DNA from: Octopus bimaculoides
Taxonomy: Eukaryota
Length of the DNA: 64,000 nucleotides
Direction: 5' to 3'
NCBI RefSeq assembly: GCF_001194135.2
Contig: NC_068984.1
Coordinates: 37,888,293 to 37,952,292 of the forward strand
This document shows, piece after piece, positions 12,446-24,380 of the stretch. The notes under the pieces were generated by a model that saw only the letters and a program-made list of their open reading frames with translations, was not told the origin of the DNA and searched no databases. The position numbers were made by a program, and so were the translations under genes. Position 1 is the stretch's first letter. Each line of letters begins with the position of its first letter.

Positions 12446-12584
12446 CTCTTCCGATCTGTGGTTAGAGTATGTATATGGAATATATTTCACAAATGTATGT
12501 GTGCATTTTTCACTGAAAAACTAAACATTGGTATGGTAATTATTTACATTTGACGAATATTTGTCCTCATCTTGTTTATTGTTG

Positions 12585-12630
12585 GCACAACATTTTGGCT
12601 GATATACTCTCCAGCCTTCATCAGGTCTCT
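12585..12630 (-). ncRNA. Degenerate minimal hammerhead ribozyme (Penelope pLTR)
   Basis: Minus strand: GAGAC-CTGATGA-A-GGCTG-GAGAGTATAT-CAGCC-AAAA-TGTTGTG. Core and stem II present, GAAA mutated to AAAA. Confidence 0.6.
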
Positions 12631-13122
12631 TGGGGAAATTTCGAACCTGAGTTCTCAATCCTAAGGTATTTTTCGATATTATTATTATTATTATTATTCA
12701 GGTCACTGCCTGAAATCGAACTCAGAATTTTGGTCATATTCTCTTCTGTTGGTGGTTTTACCCGAAGGAGATATTTGTGAAGTGTTGTATTACTCTTGAA
12801 TACTGTCCTGATGTCATATGGGCCACATATCTTTTGTATCTTTTCAGAGATGCCTTTCACATAGAGTAGACAGACTGTAAACAGTTTATTGGTTTCATCC
12901 TCTCTTTTCTTCATAATTGGAGTAGATAGCATGTTTTTGGGGTAGTTGTTGCTTAATAGATTGTGACTGAGCTTGATCATTTCTTCATGGTGGGTATCAC
13001 GATTGCTACTTATATTCTTTGCTCAATGTTTTAGGCACTGAGTTTGATTCCAGGCAGTGACTTGAATAATAATAACATCGAAAAATACCTTAGGAATGAG
13101 AACTCAGGTTCGAAATTTCCCC

Positions 13123-13150
13123 AAGACACCTGATGAAGGCTGAAATGTTT
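13123..13150 (+). ncRNA. Internally deleted hammerhead ribozyme remnant (second pLTR)
   Basis: AAGACAC-CTGATGA-AGGCT-GAAA-TGTTT. Core and GAAA kept, most of stem II deleted relative to the other pLTR copy. Confidence 0.5.
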
Positions 13151-14389
13151 CAACAACAAACAAGATGAGGACAAATATCCATCAAATGTAAATAATGTAC
13201 ATAAATCCTCATCTCTTAAATATAGAACTGTATTGGTATGGTAAACCTATAAAAACAGCACTACTGTCAACATAGATCCCATTGACCTATTGTCCATTGA
13301 CCGTTGAGATTAAATTAAAAAATTATCAATAAGAATACCATGTATAGTGCACAAATTTTCATTTATTGTGGTAGCATTTATTAAACTATAATTTGTGCTT
13401 TTAAACAAAATTTTCTGTTAATTGTCCCTCTCTAACAATATTTAGTACACTACATTTACCCCAACTGTTTGCACATGTAATGAGCAGAGAAAGTGTAAGG
13501 TTGTCTGGTTTACTTTGTCTTATCTCACAGATGACTATTCAGCCTTTCTAGTATTGGTGCTATAAGAAAATGCACCTAGTACACATTATGAAGTGGTTGG
13601 CAACAGGAAAGGCATCCAACTGTAGAAATCAAACCACATACATGCACAAGTTTATGAGAGCAGTAGCTCTTAATAAATGTCTCCGATCATAATAACCCCC
13701 TCCAATTTATGTCAGCATGTAAAGCTGATATAAAATGACTATGACAGTGATCACTATTTTGTGTATGCCTTTGAGTGAATTTGGTTAACAAAAACTGTAG
13801 GAATTTGGCATGGATTAGTATGGCCATCATGGTTGGAGTCAGCATGTTTTCAGTTGTAATGTTCACTTAGAAGGGTTGTGGGGACTTCATCTTGTTCACA
13901 TCTTATTTTTTGTTTGGTTTCTGTGGCTGGATGCCCTTCTTAACATCACTCACTTTAAGGTACTGTTTTTCATAGCACCAGTATTGGAGAATGTTATGTT
14001 CTTGACAAGATTAAAGGGTCCTCACACCCTCACTCTTTATAGAGTGTACTGGGTGTATTTTTTTAACACAAACAGCAAGAGAAGTAGCCATTTCCTCATC
14101 ATGGCTAAAGAGACCTTACCACTTCATGTCTCTGCTTTCTCATCAGCCTCTTTACAAAGTGAGTAGTATGAGTGATAGCAACATGGATGAGAGTGATGAG
14201 AAAGATGCGTGATAGAGGGTGGATTGATAGGAGTACTCTGTATTCTGAGATAGTATTTATATTCAAGGCATTGTAACTGGGAAAGCTGAGAGATAACAGA
14301 AATCTATGTGATACAAGAGATGGAGAGATGACAGAGGCTCGGGATGTGTGAGAGAAAAGAAACAGGAGTAGACTCATTATTCCCATGTT

Positions 14390-14666
14390 GTTGTTTGTTC
14401 CTTCTTGAGCCATGCCCAACTCATAAGGGCCGGTTTCATTGGCATATAGGTTCTCCACTTCAACAGGACACCAGCTCAATGCAGGAGGAAAGAGTGAGAG
14501 AAAGTTGTGGCGAAAGAGCCAGCAGAAGTTTACCATTACCTTCTGCCAGAGCTGCGTGGAGTTGAGGTGTTTCATTCATAAACACATACATCACCTGGTC
14601 TGAGATTCAAACCCACAATCCCTCGATCACGAGTCTGCTACTCTAACCACTAGGCCATGTGCTTCC
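14390..14666 (-). mobile_element. tRNA-derived SINE (OR-type head), full length
   Basis: Minus-strand head TGGAAGCACATGGCCTAGTGGTTAG...GGGTTTGAATC (A/B boxes) and (CAA)n tail. 11-bp TSD ATTCCCATGTT at 14379-14389 and 14667-14677. Confidence 0.85.
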
Positions 14667-15084
14667 ATTCCCATGTTACTCTGTGATGTAAGGTGATGAC
14701 AAACCATATAGCTGGGAAGGGCAAAGGTAGAGTGAAGTAGGCACAAATGGTCCAATATGGTCACCTATACTTAAGTTACAAGATGGGTGGGTGGAGTCAA
14801 GTGATGAGGGTGGTGATGGAGAATGGAAGTTGTGTCCTGTAACAGTGAGTGGTACAAAAGAATGTTGGGCGAGGGTCAGATTAGGTGTAACAACATCATT
14901 CCACAGTTTCTCTCCATATTTAGAGGTTGGCATTTTTATGCAGCATGTAACTATATCAGTGCTGTCTTCTTTCTTGCACTACATGTGATACCTCTTATAC
15001 CCAATTTTTCTCACAAAACATGTACACTTTCTCATACAAATGATATAGATGTTCAAGGGGTAAAATGCTATCAAAGACATTGTC

Positions 15085-15243
15085 CAGCGCACGCTGTAAA
15101 ATGGTTGATGTTAGGAAAGGCACCCAACCATAAAAACCATGCCAAATCAGACTGGATGGTGCAGCTCTCCAGCTTGCCAGCCCTGGTCAAACCATCCAAC
15201 CTATACCAGCTTGGAAAACAGACGATGAATGATGATGATGATA
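15085..15243 (+). mobile_element. Ceph-type SINE/LINE 3' tail
   Basis: TTAGGAAAGGCACCCAACCATAAAAACC...GTCAAACCATCCAACC...(GAT)n. Confidence 0.7.
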
Positions 15244-15490
15244 TATATCGTTGCTATTATGCAAAAGTGTCGTAAGTTCAAGACGTTGCTTTTTCAGAAA
15301 ACGGAAAAGTGTCACCTTCCCATAGCAAAACCATTGTACTACACTTTGAAAATTTTTGATACCTTGGCATCTGAAACAGCTGGAGATATGATAGTTTGAC
15401 CAAAAGAACTGGCTATGGCAAGCAAAAATAAATATTGAAAAAAATGCATTTGGCCAAATTTAGACATACGACACTTTAACAATAGCAACA

Positions 15491-15523
<33 letters not shown>

Positions 15524-15524
15524 G

Positions 15525-15670
15525 GCATTAGGAAGGGCATCCAGCTGTAGGAAACATATCAAATCAAACTGGAACCTGGTGCAGCCCTTTGGCTTACCAG
15601 TTCCAGTCAAACTGTTTAACCCATGCCAGCATGGAAAGCAGATGTTAATTGATGAGGATGATGATTGATG
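15525..15670 (+). mobile_element. Ceph-type SINE/LINE 3' tail
   Basis: GGCATTAGGAAGGGCATCCAGCTGTAG...AACCCATGCCAGCATGGAAAGCAGATG...GATGA. Confidence 0.75.
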
Positions 15671-17237
15671 TGGTGCACCAGCATGACCACAGCCACTTGG
15701 CTGAAACCCATAAATAAATAAATAAATATATATATATGCATATGCACAGGCACACTCATATGCTTAGCAATACATACCTGTATATATACAAATATACATA
15801 ACAATTTTAGCATCCATCTTGACCTGGCCAGTGGGCAAACAAGTCTTCTACACTGTGCTGCCAGTCAATACTGTTCTTCATCTCTCTAAGGAGTTTTAGC
15901 TCTATATTTACCACTTCATTCCAAGTTGTTTTTGGTTTCCCTCTTCAACAGGCTCCATATGGGTTTGTGTATGTGTATATGTTTGGGTGTATGTGCGAAT
16001 TGATGTGAATATTGACATCCCATCACTTTACTTGTCACTGCTGCTACTAGGATGTTTATGTTCCTTATTGTCATTATGATTGCTCACTACATTTAAAGAC
16101 CTGTGGTATAAAAAAATCCCTTACTTGTAAAACAATATTTCAAAATTGTAATTGTCCAAAACATGCTAGCATAGAAATAGATATGCTGTAAAGACTGAAT
16201 GGAGCCCTCTATCTCTAATTATTTCACACACACCCTGTATCTTTATCTTGCTTCAGTGTATTTTACTAAGTGAAATATAGTGAGTAACTAAAGCTAAAGT
16301 CAATAATTATAGCATAAGTTTTCAATTACACTGTATCAAAAAATTAATTTTAGTACACTATCTTGTTTGTTTATGAATATGTGTATATATTATGTGTGTG
16401 TGTGTGTTTATGTAAATTATTTATTTGGGATATTTCTAAACAGCCACTTAAGCAACCAGGAAAGGATATTGGAAGTGTCATTCAACATAAAAACAATGAC
16501 AGATATCTGAAATAAATACGGAAAACATGCATAGACATGAATATTGTTAACAATGAGATTACATATATATAACACAAGCATGGGTTTGGGTGATTAAGAA
16601 GTTTACTTTTCAGTTAGTGTATAAACCCATGTAATTTACACACTTTGTTTTCGCAAAAACAAAAATAAACCTTAGTGGGTGCGTAAATTACATGAGATCT
16701 TTTCCAGAATGTTTTTAGAAATTTTTTTTGTTGAAAAATGATGTACAAAACATAAACATTCGTACGGGAAGTTGACTCATTTAATGTCAGAATAGGTTTT
16801 TACAGAAAAAATATAATAATGAAGTTGACTTCTTACCACCAACCACTTTACAGAGTGTACCAGGTGCTTTTTACATGGTGTTGGCTCTATTGAGGTCACC
16901 AAGTAACGTGCAAGATGAGACCTCCACCTTCAACTTAAGGAGAAGTAATATTGATGGAGATGGCTTTATGCTAGGTGATGAGGGACCTAAACAGGTGTCT
17001 TGTAGGAAGATATATGGTTACTTCAGTTGAAAAATAAAGAGAATGGTGAGGAAGATGTCAGAACATACCTTCAAGTTACAGGCAAATGACTACAGTAATC
17101 CCTTGCCATATCATGGCTCACCTATTGCAGTTTATTATTTAAGCTTACATCGATTCCTCCCTGGTGTTGTTTTACATTTATAATAAAATAAATATATACA
17201 AATTATAAAAGTANNNNNNNNNNGTACTGTTTCTACT

Positions 17238-18100
17238 TTGTTAATTTTCACTTATCACAGGGGAGTTTGGGACATAACACCCGCGATAGCCGAAGGATTA
17301 CTGTATAAGGAAAGTGGTATGGATGGCTATGTGTGTGAAGAGGGTGGAAAGCTCCTAGAGTTCTGTGATGCAGTTGATCTAACAATTTGCAACACGCATT
17401 TCAAAAATTGGTCAGCACCTCAACACCTACCAGCCTGATGAGCATGCAAGTCAGATGTCATTCTCACCAGGTAACATGATAGAACAAATTAGTAAGTAAT
17501 CACTCCAGCGTCAAAGCTAGACAGAAGACAACATGGAAACTAAGAGATCCAGCAGTTGGTCATAGATTTAGAGAAATACTAAATGATGCGTATTACTAAG
17601 TAGGAGGAATTGGATATCTATATCAATGATGACTACTGGGAGTTACTGCAAGATAATCTGCTGAGGGTTACAGAGTAGATGTGTGGCTTGTGTAAGGTTG
17701 TAGCTAAACTGAAGGTGATGTGGTGGTGGAATGATATAGTAGATAGAGCTGTAAAAGCTAAGAGACAGGCTTAGAAAATATGGCAGGAAGGTGGTAGTAG
17801 AGAGCATTATCAAGTAGCTAGAAGAGAAACTGTGTCAGGTATACTTTAAGTAGGTAAGAAGTTGGGAAAAAGAAATTTGCACATGTTCTGTGGCATGAGG
17901 ATCAAAGGCAAAAAGGTGTTCAGGATTGAAAGACAGTGTGTTAGAGAGAACAGTGATGTCATTGGAGAGAAGTGTATATGAAAATGATAGAGGCACACTT
18001 GCCATTGCCATTGATGTCAAGAAAGAGGCATAGTAGCTGTTGAATGTGGAGAATGCTTTGGATAAAAAGGGGTTACCTAAACTGACCCTACAAAGCAATT
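17238..18100 (+). mobile_element. Decayed RTE LINE, endonuclease-to-RT linker region
   Basis: EEGGKLLEFCDAVDLTICNTHFK and KVMWWWNDIVDRAVKAKRQA...GGSREHYQVARRE motifs with disablements. Confidence 0.8.
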
Positions 18101-18149
18101 TAATACATGTAGATAGGCAAAGCTCAGCAAATCTATTGGGAGTTACATA

Positions 18150-18294
18150 TATGGATCAAAACAGTTGGATTCAAATTCATTGGTACCCTTGAGTTTCAAG
18201 CGTGATGCTAGTCGTCAGGAAATGGCTGATGACTAGCATCACGCTTGAAACTCAAGAGTACCAACAAATTTGAATCAAACTGTTTTGATCCATA
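18150..18294. repeat. Near-perfect hairpin: 69-bp arms, 7-nt loop
   Basis: TATGGATCAAAACAG...GCTAGTCGTCAG / GAAATGG / CTGATGACTAGC...CTGTTTTGATCCATA, with 5 mismatched positions. Confidence 0.95.
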
Positions 18295-18932
18295 CACATA
18301 TATATATAAATAAACAATCCTCACATTACAGAATCTTGTGCATGTGGAAATTGTACAGTATGACCACAAGTTTTGTGATACAGTCTGTAATTTCACCCTT
18401 ACAAGAACTTGGGTAACTTTTTATAAATTAAAAAATATAACCATTACATTTCAGTGTATATTTTCTTGGGTCACAATAATGAATATCTGTTTATCTCTGT
18501 TATATATATATATATATATAAACTTCTTCTTTCTATATATATCTCACTATGCAATCACCATTATCAAAAACCAATACCACTCTAACACCATCATTTGAAT
18601 AACCAACTGGCAATAATATTCTCAGCATGATAGCAGTGTCTGTAGCTACATATGCTTTATATCAACACAATAGTGTGTGTGGAATTTTGCTGTCTCAAAT
18701 TAGAGCTGCAAGGAGTGAAGTGTCCATAAATCGGGTAACCCTTCAACTCTCTGTAACCATACGGTACTTCCTCCGGCCTCCCTCCTTTACTTTTTCATCT
18801 TATCATTTATATTCTTACATCCATAGGAATAGAGTAATTTCTTGCTCTTACAAAGAAATTCTTTCCTGATGTTATTATTTTTGCTACATATTTGTTGATT
18901 GCCACCACTGTTGGATATATCTATAATTTAAG

Positions 18933-19260
18933 ATGTCTGGAAAGAAGCTACCAAGTGGAACTATAGGCAGTAGTGTGTTAAAGAAATGTAAAAGAATTAC
19001 ATTGGATATTAAACTTGAGGTTTTAAAAAGGCTCAATGCTGTGGAGAAAATCAGCCACATTACAAAAACATTAAAGTGCTCAAGAAGCTACTCAGTTGAC
19101 TGCTCTGACCTTTTACCGCAAACCTTATATGATGCTTAAAACAGAACAAGTCTTGAGTGAATGGATTGAGGATCAGACTTAATGTAATGAGCTGATAAAC
19201 ACATTTTGCATTAGCAAAATGAGTATGTGTATGATGAAAAAGCCAGAAGCAACTCAAAAT
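18933..19260 (+). mobile_element. Tigger/pogo-like transposase remnant (CENP-B-type N-terminal HTH)
   Basis: KKCKRITLDIKLEVLKRLNAVEKISHITKTL resembles the Tigger KRKxITLExKLEVIKR HTH. Downstream degenerate WIEDQ motif. Confidence 0.65.
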
Positions 19261-19430
19261 ATCCATTCTGTTTGTAAGTAATAGTGCTTGAACAAAAGAA
19301 GTTGCAGAAGATAGTTTGAAAAGTTCAAAAATGGTGATTTCAGCTAAAAGAGAGAGGTCACAAACAGGATGCTCTGTTGAATTTGATCATTAGCTTCTTT
19401 TGTCAGAACTTGAGAAGAATAATGTGTTAG

Positions 19431-19960
19431 TTTAACGTCCGCTTACCATGTTAGCATGGGTTGGACGATTTGACTGAGGACTGGCGAACCAGATAGCTGC
19501 ACCAGGCTCCAATCTGATCTGGCAGAGTTTCTACAGCTGGATGCCCTTCCTAACGCCAACCACTCCGAGAGTGTAGTGGGTGCTTTTACGTGCCATCGGC
19601 ATGAGGGCCAGTCAGGTGGTACTGGCAACGGCCAGTATTTTACATGCCACCTGCACAGGAGCTTGTCCAACGGCACTGGCAATGACCTCGCTCAAATGTT
19701 TTCTAACGTACCACCAGCACAAGTGCCAGTAAGGCGACGCTGGTAACGATCACGCACAAATAGTGCTATTTACGTGCCACAGGCACGGAAGCCAGACGGC
19801 TGCTCTGGCAATAATCATGCTCGGACGGTGCTGTTAGTGCTTCACTGGCATAGATGCCAGTCATCGAATATGGTTCGATTTCGATTTCACTTGCCCCAAC
19901 AGGTCTTTGCAAGCAGAGTTTAGTGTCCAATGAAGGAGAGGTTGGCATGGGTGTCAGTTG
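19431..19960 (-). mobile_element. Ceph-tailed LINE-derived 3' end containing GC-rich tandem array
   Basis: Reverse complement of the Ceph tail (...CTACAGCTGGATGCCCTTCCTAACGCCAACC) followed by 4-5 diverged TTTACGTGCCAC...GGCACTGGCAACG units. Confidence 0.8.
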
Positions 19961-20726
19961 TCGAATTTGATTGTGGTCGTTTAACAGGTCGTCAGTTGTT
20001 CTAGTACTGAAGACTGACTTCCAATGCTGATCTTGTTGCTATTGTTTAGTTGTGGTAAGGGTAGTAGCAGTAAAACATAATGATGATGATAGGTCACTTG
20101 TGGTATTGCAAAGAAATGACAAAGTGGATAGCCAAACTCTGAAGGGCTCTTGATTGTAGAGTTGAATAGTTCATTGATTGTGCTAGTACCGAGGAGTGGC
20201 TTTGGCTCTTGTTTATATGTAAAATTTTAATGTTGAGGAAGTTTTAGTTCAGTAATATATCTTTCTAGCAATTTGTGGCAGGAGAAGGGGTTTTTTTTAA
20301 AATTTAGTTTTGTTCTTTGTTCTTATTTTGTGATGAAACCTAACTTCAAGCAACTTTTTATAGATCAATTTTTAAACACTATTTTCCAAGCCTGAGAAAG
20401 GTAAGTAGGGGTGCAATAGTGAATTTTGCACCCCAACAAAATTTTAGGGAGTGCAAGTGCACCCCCTGTTCCCAGGCCTTTTGATATCAATGTGTATGAA
20501 TAGTTCATACCTAGATTATGTAGTTATATATCTCACATAGATACCATATCTAATTGGAATCCATCTGTACTGAGCAGTGTTGCTGATTCACTCATGCTAA
20601 CTTACATGTCATTAACATTATAATTTTAATGTCCACTTTTCCATGTTCACTTGAATCAGATGAAATTTGTTGGAGCAGATCTCCTCTGGCCAGATGCACT
20701 CTTTCTGTGGCCAACTTTTAGCTGTT

Positions 20727-21387
20727 TCCTGGTATTTTTTGACATGGTCATAAAAACAACATCACATGACATAATTTTTGAATGTATAGAGCGGTGGCCC
20801 TCAAACTGTGTGCTGTAAGGAGTATTTCAGTATGAAGCAGGTTTCTCAAAAAATGCAAACATGTAGTTTTAGGTTCAGTCTCATTGCATGACACCTTGAG
20901 CAAATGTGTTCCATTATAGTTCAACAGTTCAATAGTTCAAATGTGTTCCACTATAGTGAACAGTACAACAGCTGGACATGGTTTCATGGAAGATTGCAAA
21001 CTAATACATGACAGTGACATTTGTTTACAACAAGTGTGCAATGTCAAGATAAGGACACACTCTTATATATACATGCATGTGCATACACACACATGCTCTC
21101 ATATATGCATGCATACATATATTCGCATACACATAATGGGCTTCTTTCAGTTTTCATCACCCAAAGCCACTCTCAGAATTCTGGTTGGCTTGGAACTATA
21201 GTGGAACACATTTGCTCAAAGTGTCATGCAATGAGACTGAACCTAAAACTACATGTTTGCATTTTTTGAGAAACCTGCTTCACACTGAATACTCCTTACA
21301 GCACACAGTTTGAGGGCCACTGCTCTATACTTTCAAAAATTCTGTCTTGTGATGTTGTTTTTATGACCATGTCAAAAAATACCAGGA
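20727..21387. repeat. Long inverted repeat, ~196-bp arms around a 270-bp spacer
   Basis: 20727-20922 is the reverse complement of 21193-21387 with few substitutions. Confidence 0.95.
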
Positions 21388-23399
21388 TTAATGCACAAGT
21401 ATACATGAACTCTAGATTTGATTAAAGGAAATGAAAATTCACTGCATGCAAAACAAATTTTGTGAAGCAACTCACTAACCGATCCACCTTAATATCAAGC
21501 AAAGCTAAGTGAGGTGAGGTGAATTGTTTTATCCTATTCAAGACTAAAAAAAAATTGAAGAACAAGAAGTCTGTTACTAGTTAATATTTACTCACAATGG
21601 ACCATGGCTTATTAAATTCACAATTACAGTAATGAAGATGAGAAATGAGAGATTTTGAAAGATGCCTTTGTGAAAGTAACATGGCTATAATAATTTCTTG
21701 GATGGAAATAAAGTTTTATAGGTAATAGTAGTAAGACCCAATCAAATAGACAATTTACTAGTAGAATAGGTCACAAGAACAGCAATATTCAATTACAATT
21801 GTAAAGTGTTAGACAAAAAAAAAAATTTCAGAATAAATGGATACCATTATATCGTTCAATTATTACCAGTGATAAAGAAAACAGTGAGACAAGGAAGTAT
21901 CACAGAGGCTTTATATATATATATATAAATAAAATGTTTTGTGGAAACACTAGAGGCAGGTGGGATGTTGGAGAGATGTGTCTGAAGATAGTGAATAAAA
22001 CAATTAAGAATACGGAAAGCAGAAGCTCCTTTAGAGTTAATGTTCCATTAGTCAGTCGCTTAGTTAATAAATTCACACTAAAGTTATTATCCATACTGAT
22101 TGGTATGTTACTGCCAATATGAACTGCTGCAAATGTAAAGATACACTTGAGAGAGGAAATGTCAAGGTTCTTAAAGATGGTAGAGAGTAGAAATTTTTAA
22201 TTAACTTTATGTTAAAAATTTTTTACTTGCATCTTATTTTGGAATCTACAAATGAACAAAGTCATAATGCTATCGGCAATATTGATGTATTTTCAGTTTA
22301 AAATATGATTTCAGTATTTTTAGATTTCTACATCTCATCATTATCATTTTGTCTGCTTTTCATGCTGGTATGGGTCAGATAGGCTGCCACAATCCAAGAC
22401 AGTTCTTTATCAGAGTTACCCCCAAGATTACATAGAGGATCACATATCACTTTTGTTTTAGTTTTGGCACAGTTTCTGTCTGGATGCTACTTGTCATTGA
22501 CCACTTTGTAGAGTACCGAGTGTATATTATTATGACCCCAGCACCAGTGAGATTACTTTATACCCAGTAACACTAAAGAGCCCTCTCTAATCTAAGATGT
22601 GTTCATTCATCCAAAGTATAAACCAGAATGGTGAACAGAGAAATTGATGACAGAAGAGCCAGGCTAGAGAGAATGAGTATATAATGGTAGAAACAGGGTG
22701 ATAGAGAGCAAGGGCAAATAATGTATAGTGATGGTGGTGGACAGTGATATGGTTGAGTGATGAGAGAGTGTATTGATTACAGACAGGCCCAATGCAATTC
22801 CTTACACGTAGGCCTTTTGATAAGATTAGTGGTGGTAAGGGTTACTGGATACAGATAGGTCCAATACCTATTAAGAAAATACGAGAGAGAGGGTGAGTGT
22901 CAGAAAGATGGATGGGTTTGACAGAACCAAAGCCATCCCTAATCACACAGGCAGTATGATACAATGAATAGGAGAGATCAGCTTTTCTGGGCTTCAGCAT
23001 AGTAAATAGCGAGAGAGAGAGAGAGAAAGAGAGCTGTGTGATAGGGAGACAAGAATGTATCTAGAGAGATAAGGCAGTAGATATAGACTTAGCTGGGACT
23101 ATTGGACTAGAGAAACAAATATACATGCCTCCAAGCTTCCACCATTACTGCTCGTTTTTAATACTTTTAATGTTCATTTCACCATGCCTGCATATTTGGG
23201 TAGGTTTTCTCAAATACTGCCACCAATCATATCTTTGTTATCTCCTTTGTGGGGCACAGGATCCAGAGATCATTCTTCAGCCCTTATCTTCCTTGGTTTC
23301 TCTCAACTTCAGTACCCAGCACTTCATTGTACAATTTTGATCTTTCATACAAATCACATGCTCAAACCAGCACAGTCTTCTCTTTTGTAAACTACATCT

Positions 23400-24380
23400 G
23401 ATTCCCTTTTATCTAATTATTCTCTCAGTTTATTTGTACTCTGTTGTTCATGCACATTATACATGCATACTGGATACACAGTATGGAATTCCTACCTACT
23501 CCTTTACTGCATATTGATGTTAGTAGGGTCCTGTCTTTCCTATATACTAATGCTTAAGTCTTCATTAAGTTTACTTCGAGCTTCTTGATTCTTGATTTTG
23601 TTTCCTGTATTTAATTCATCTATGAAAACTAGGTCATCAGCATACAGAAACTCTTATAGACAACTAGTCTTCAACTTCTTTGTTATTGCATGGAGGACTA
23701 TGATAAATAGAAGTAGATTGAGAACTGATCCCTGGTGGAACTCTACATGCAACTTAATTTCTTTGCTTTACTCATTGCTGCCTCTCATATTGAGGGCAGC
23801 ATCCCAGTATGTGGTTTGCATGGCCCTTGTAAGCCATTTGTTGATCACTAGTTTCCATAGTGACTGCCAAATCAAAGGGCATGGAACCTGTCAAAACTTT
23901 CTCTAGGTCTATGAATGTTAGATACAGTGGCTTACTCTGAGCTCAGTAGTTTTGCAGTTGTCTTTCTAGGAAGATGGCCCCAATAGTTCTTTCTGGCACA
24001 AACCTCGACTTCATATCTTCTAGGTTACTTTTTTTCCTAGCCAGTTGGGCTGTAACTCTTTATCTGTTCCAACATTTGTTATTTAATGCCTCTGTAAATT
24101 CCTGTCTCTAGTGCATTGTCGTTGCCCTTGCAGCAGTTAATGATGACATTGCTACACCAGTCATTGAATATGATACCTTTCTGCTTGACTATGCAAGTGA
24201 CCAACCCACACCTTACTCTGCCAGATATTTTAATCATTGTAGCATCTATCCCTAATGGACCAAGGTTATTTTCCACCTTTATGTCCTTCATTTCTCTATC
24301 TTCTATACTGTTGTGAACTTGAATGTTAGGCCTCTTTGTTGGGTCTGAGTAGACTTTTTCTTTCCCATGCTTCATCCATT
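23400..24380 (-). mobile_element. Decayed RTE LINE RT region
   Basis: Minus-strand IKISGRV, NALETGIYRGIK, VEFHQGSVLNLLLFIIVL, EFLYADDLVF motifs. Confidence 0.85.

Larger units (their letters stand above)
12539..13196 (-). mobile_element. Penelope-like retroelement fragment with inverted pseudo-LTRs
   Basis: Minus-strand peptide LLYVKGISEKIQKICGPYDIRTVFKSNTTLHKYLLRVKP resembles the Penelope RT thumb/linker region. Flanked by inverted repeats ~12539-12725 and ~13035-13196. Confidence 0.8.

Noticed and set aside
11867-12553. Long ORFs in the track spanning N-runs (also 36844-37243, 50922-51597, 55669-55927, 62061-62531)
   Set aside because: Their length comes from X codons in gaps or from dinucleotide repeats.
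20364-20400. 37-nt possible poison exon (TTTTTATAG acceptor, AAAG|GTAAGT donor)
   Set aside because: Weak pyrimidine tract, and the donor abuts a repeat-like GGGGTGCA/TGCACCCC element. Such chance sites are expected in 37 kb.
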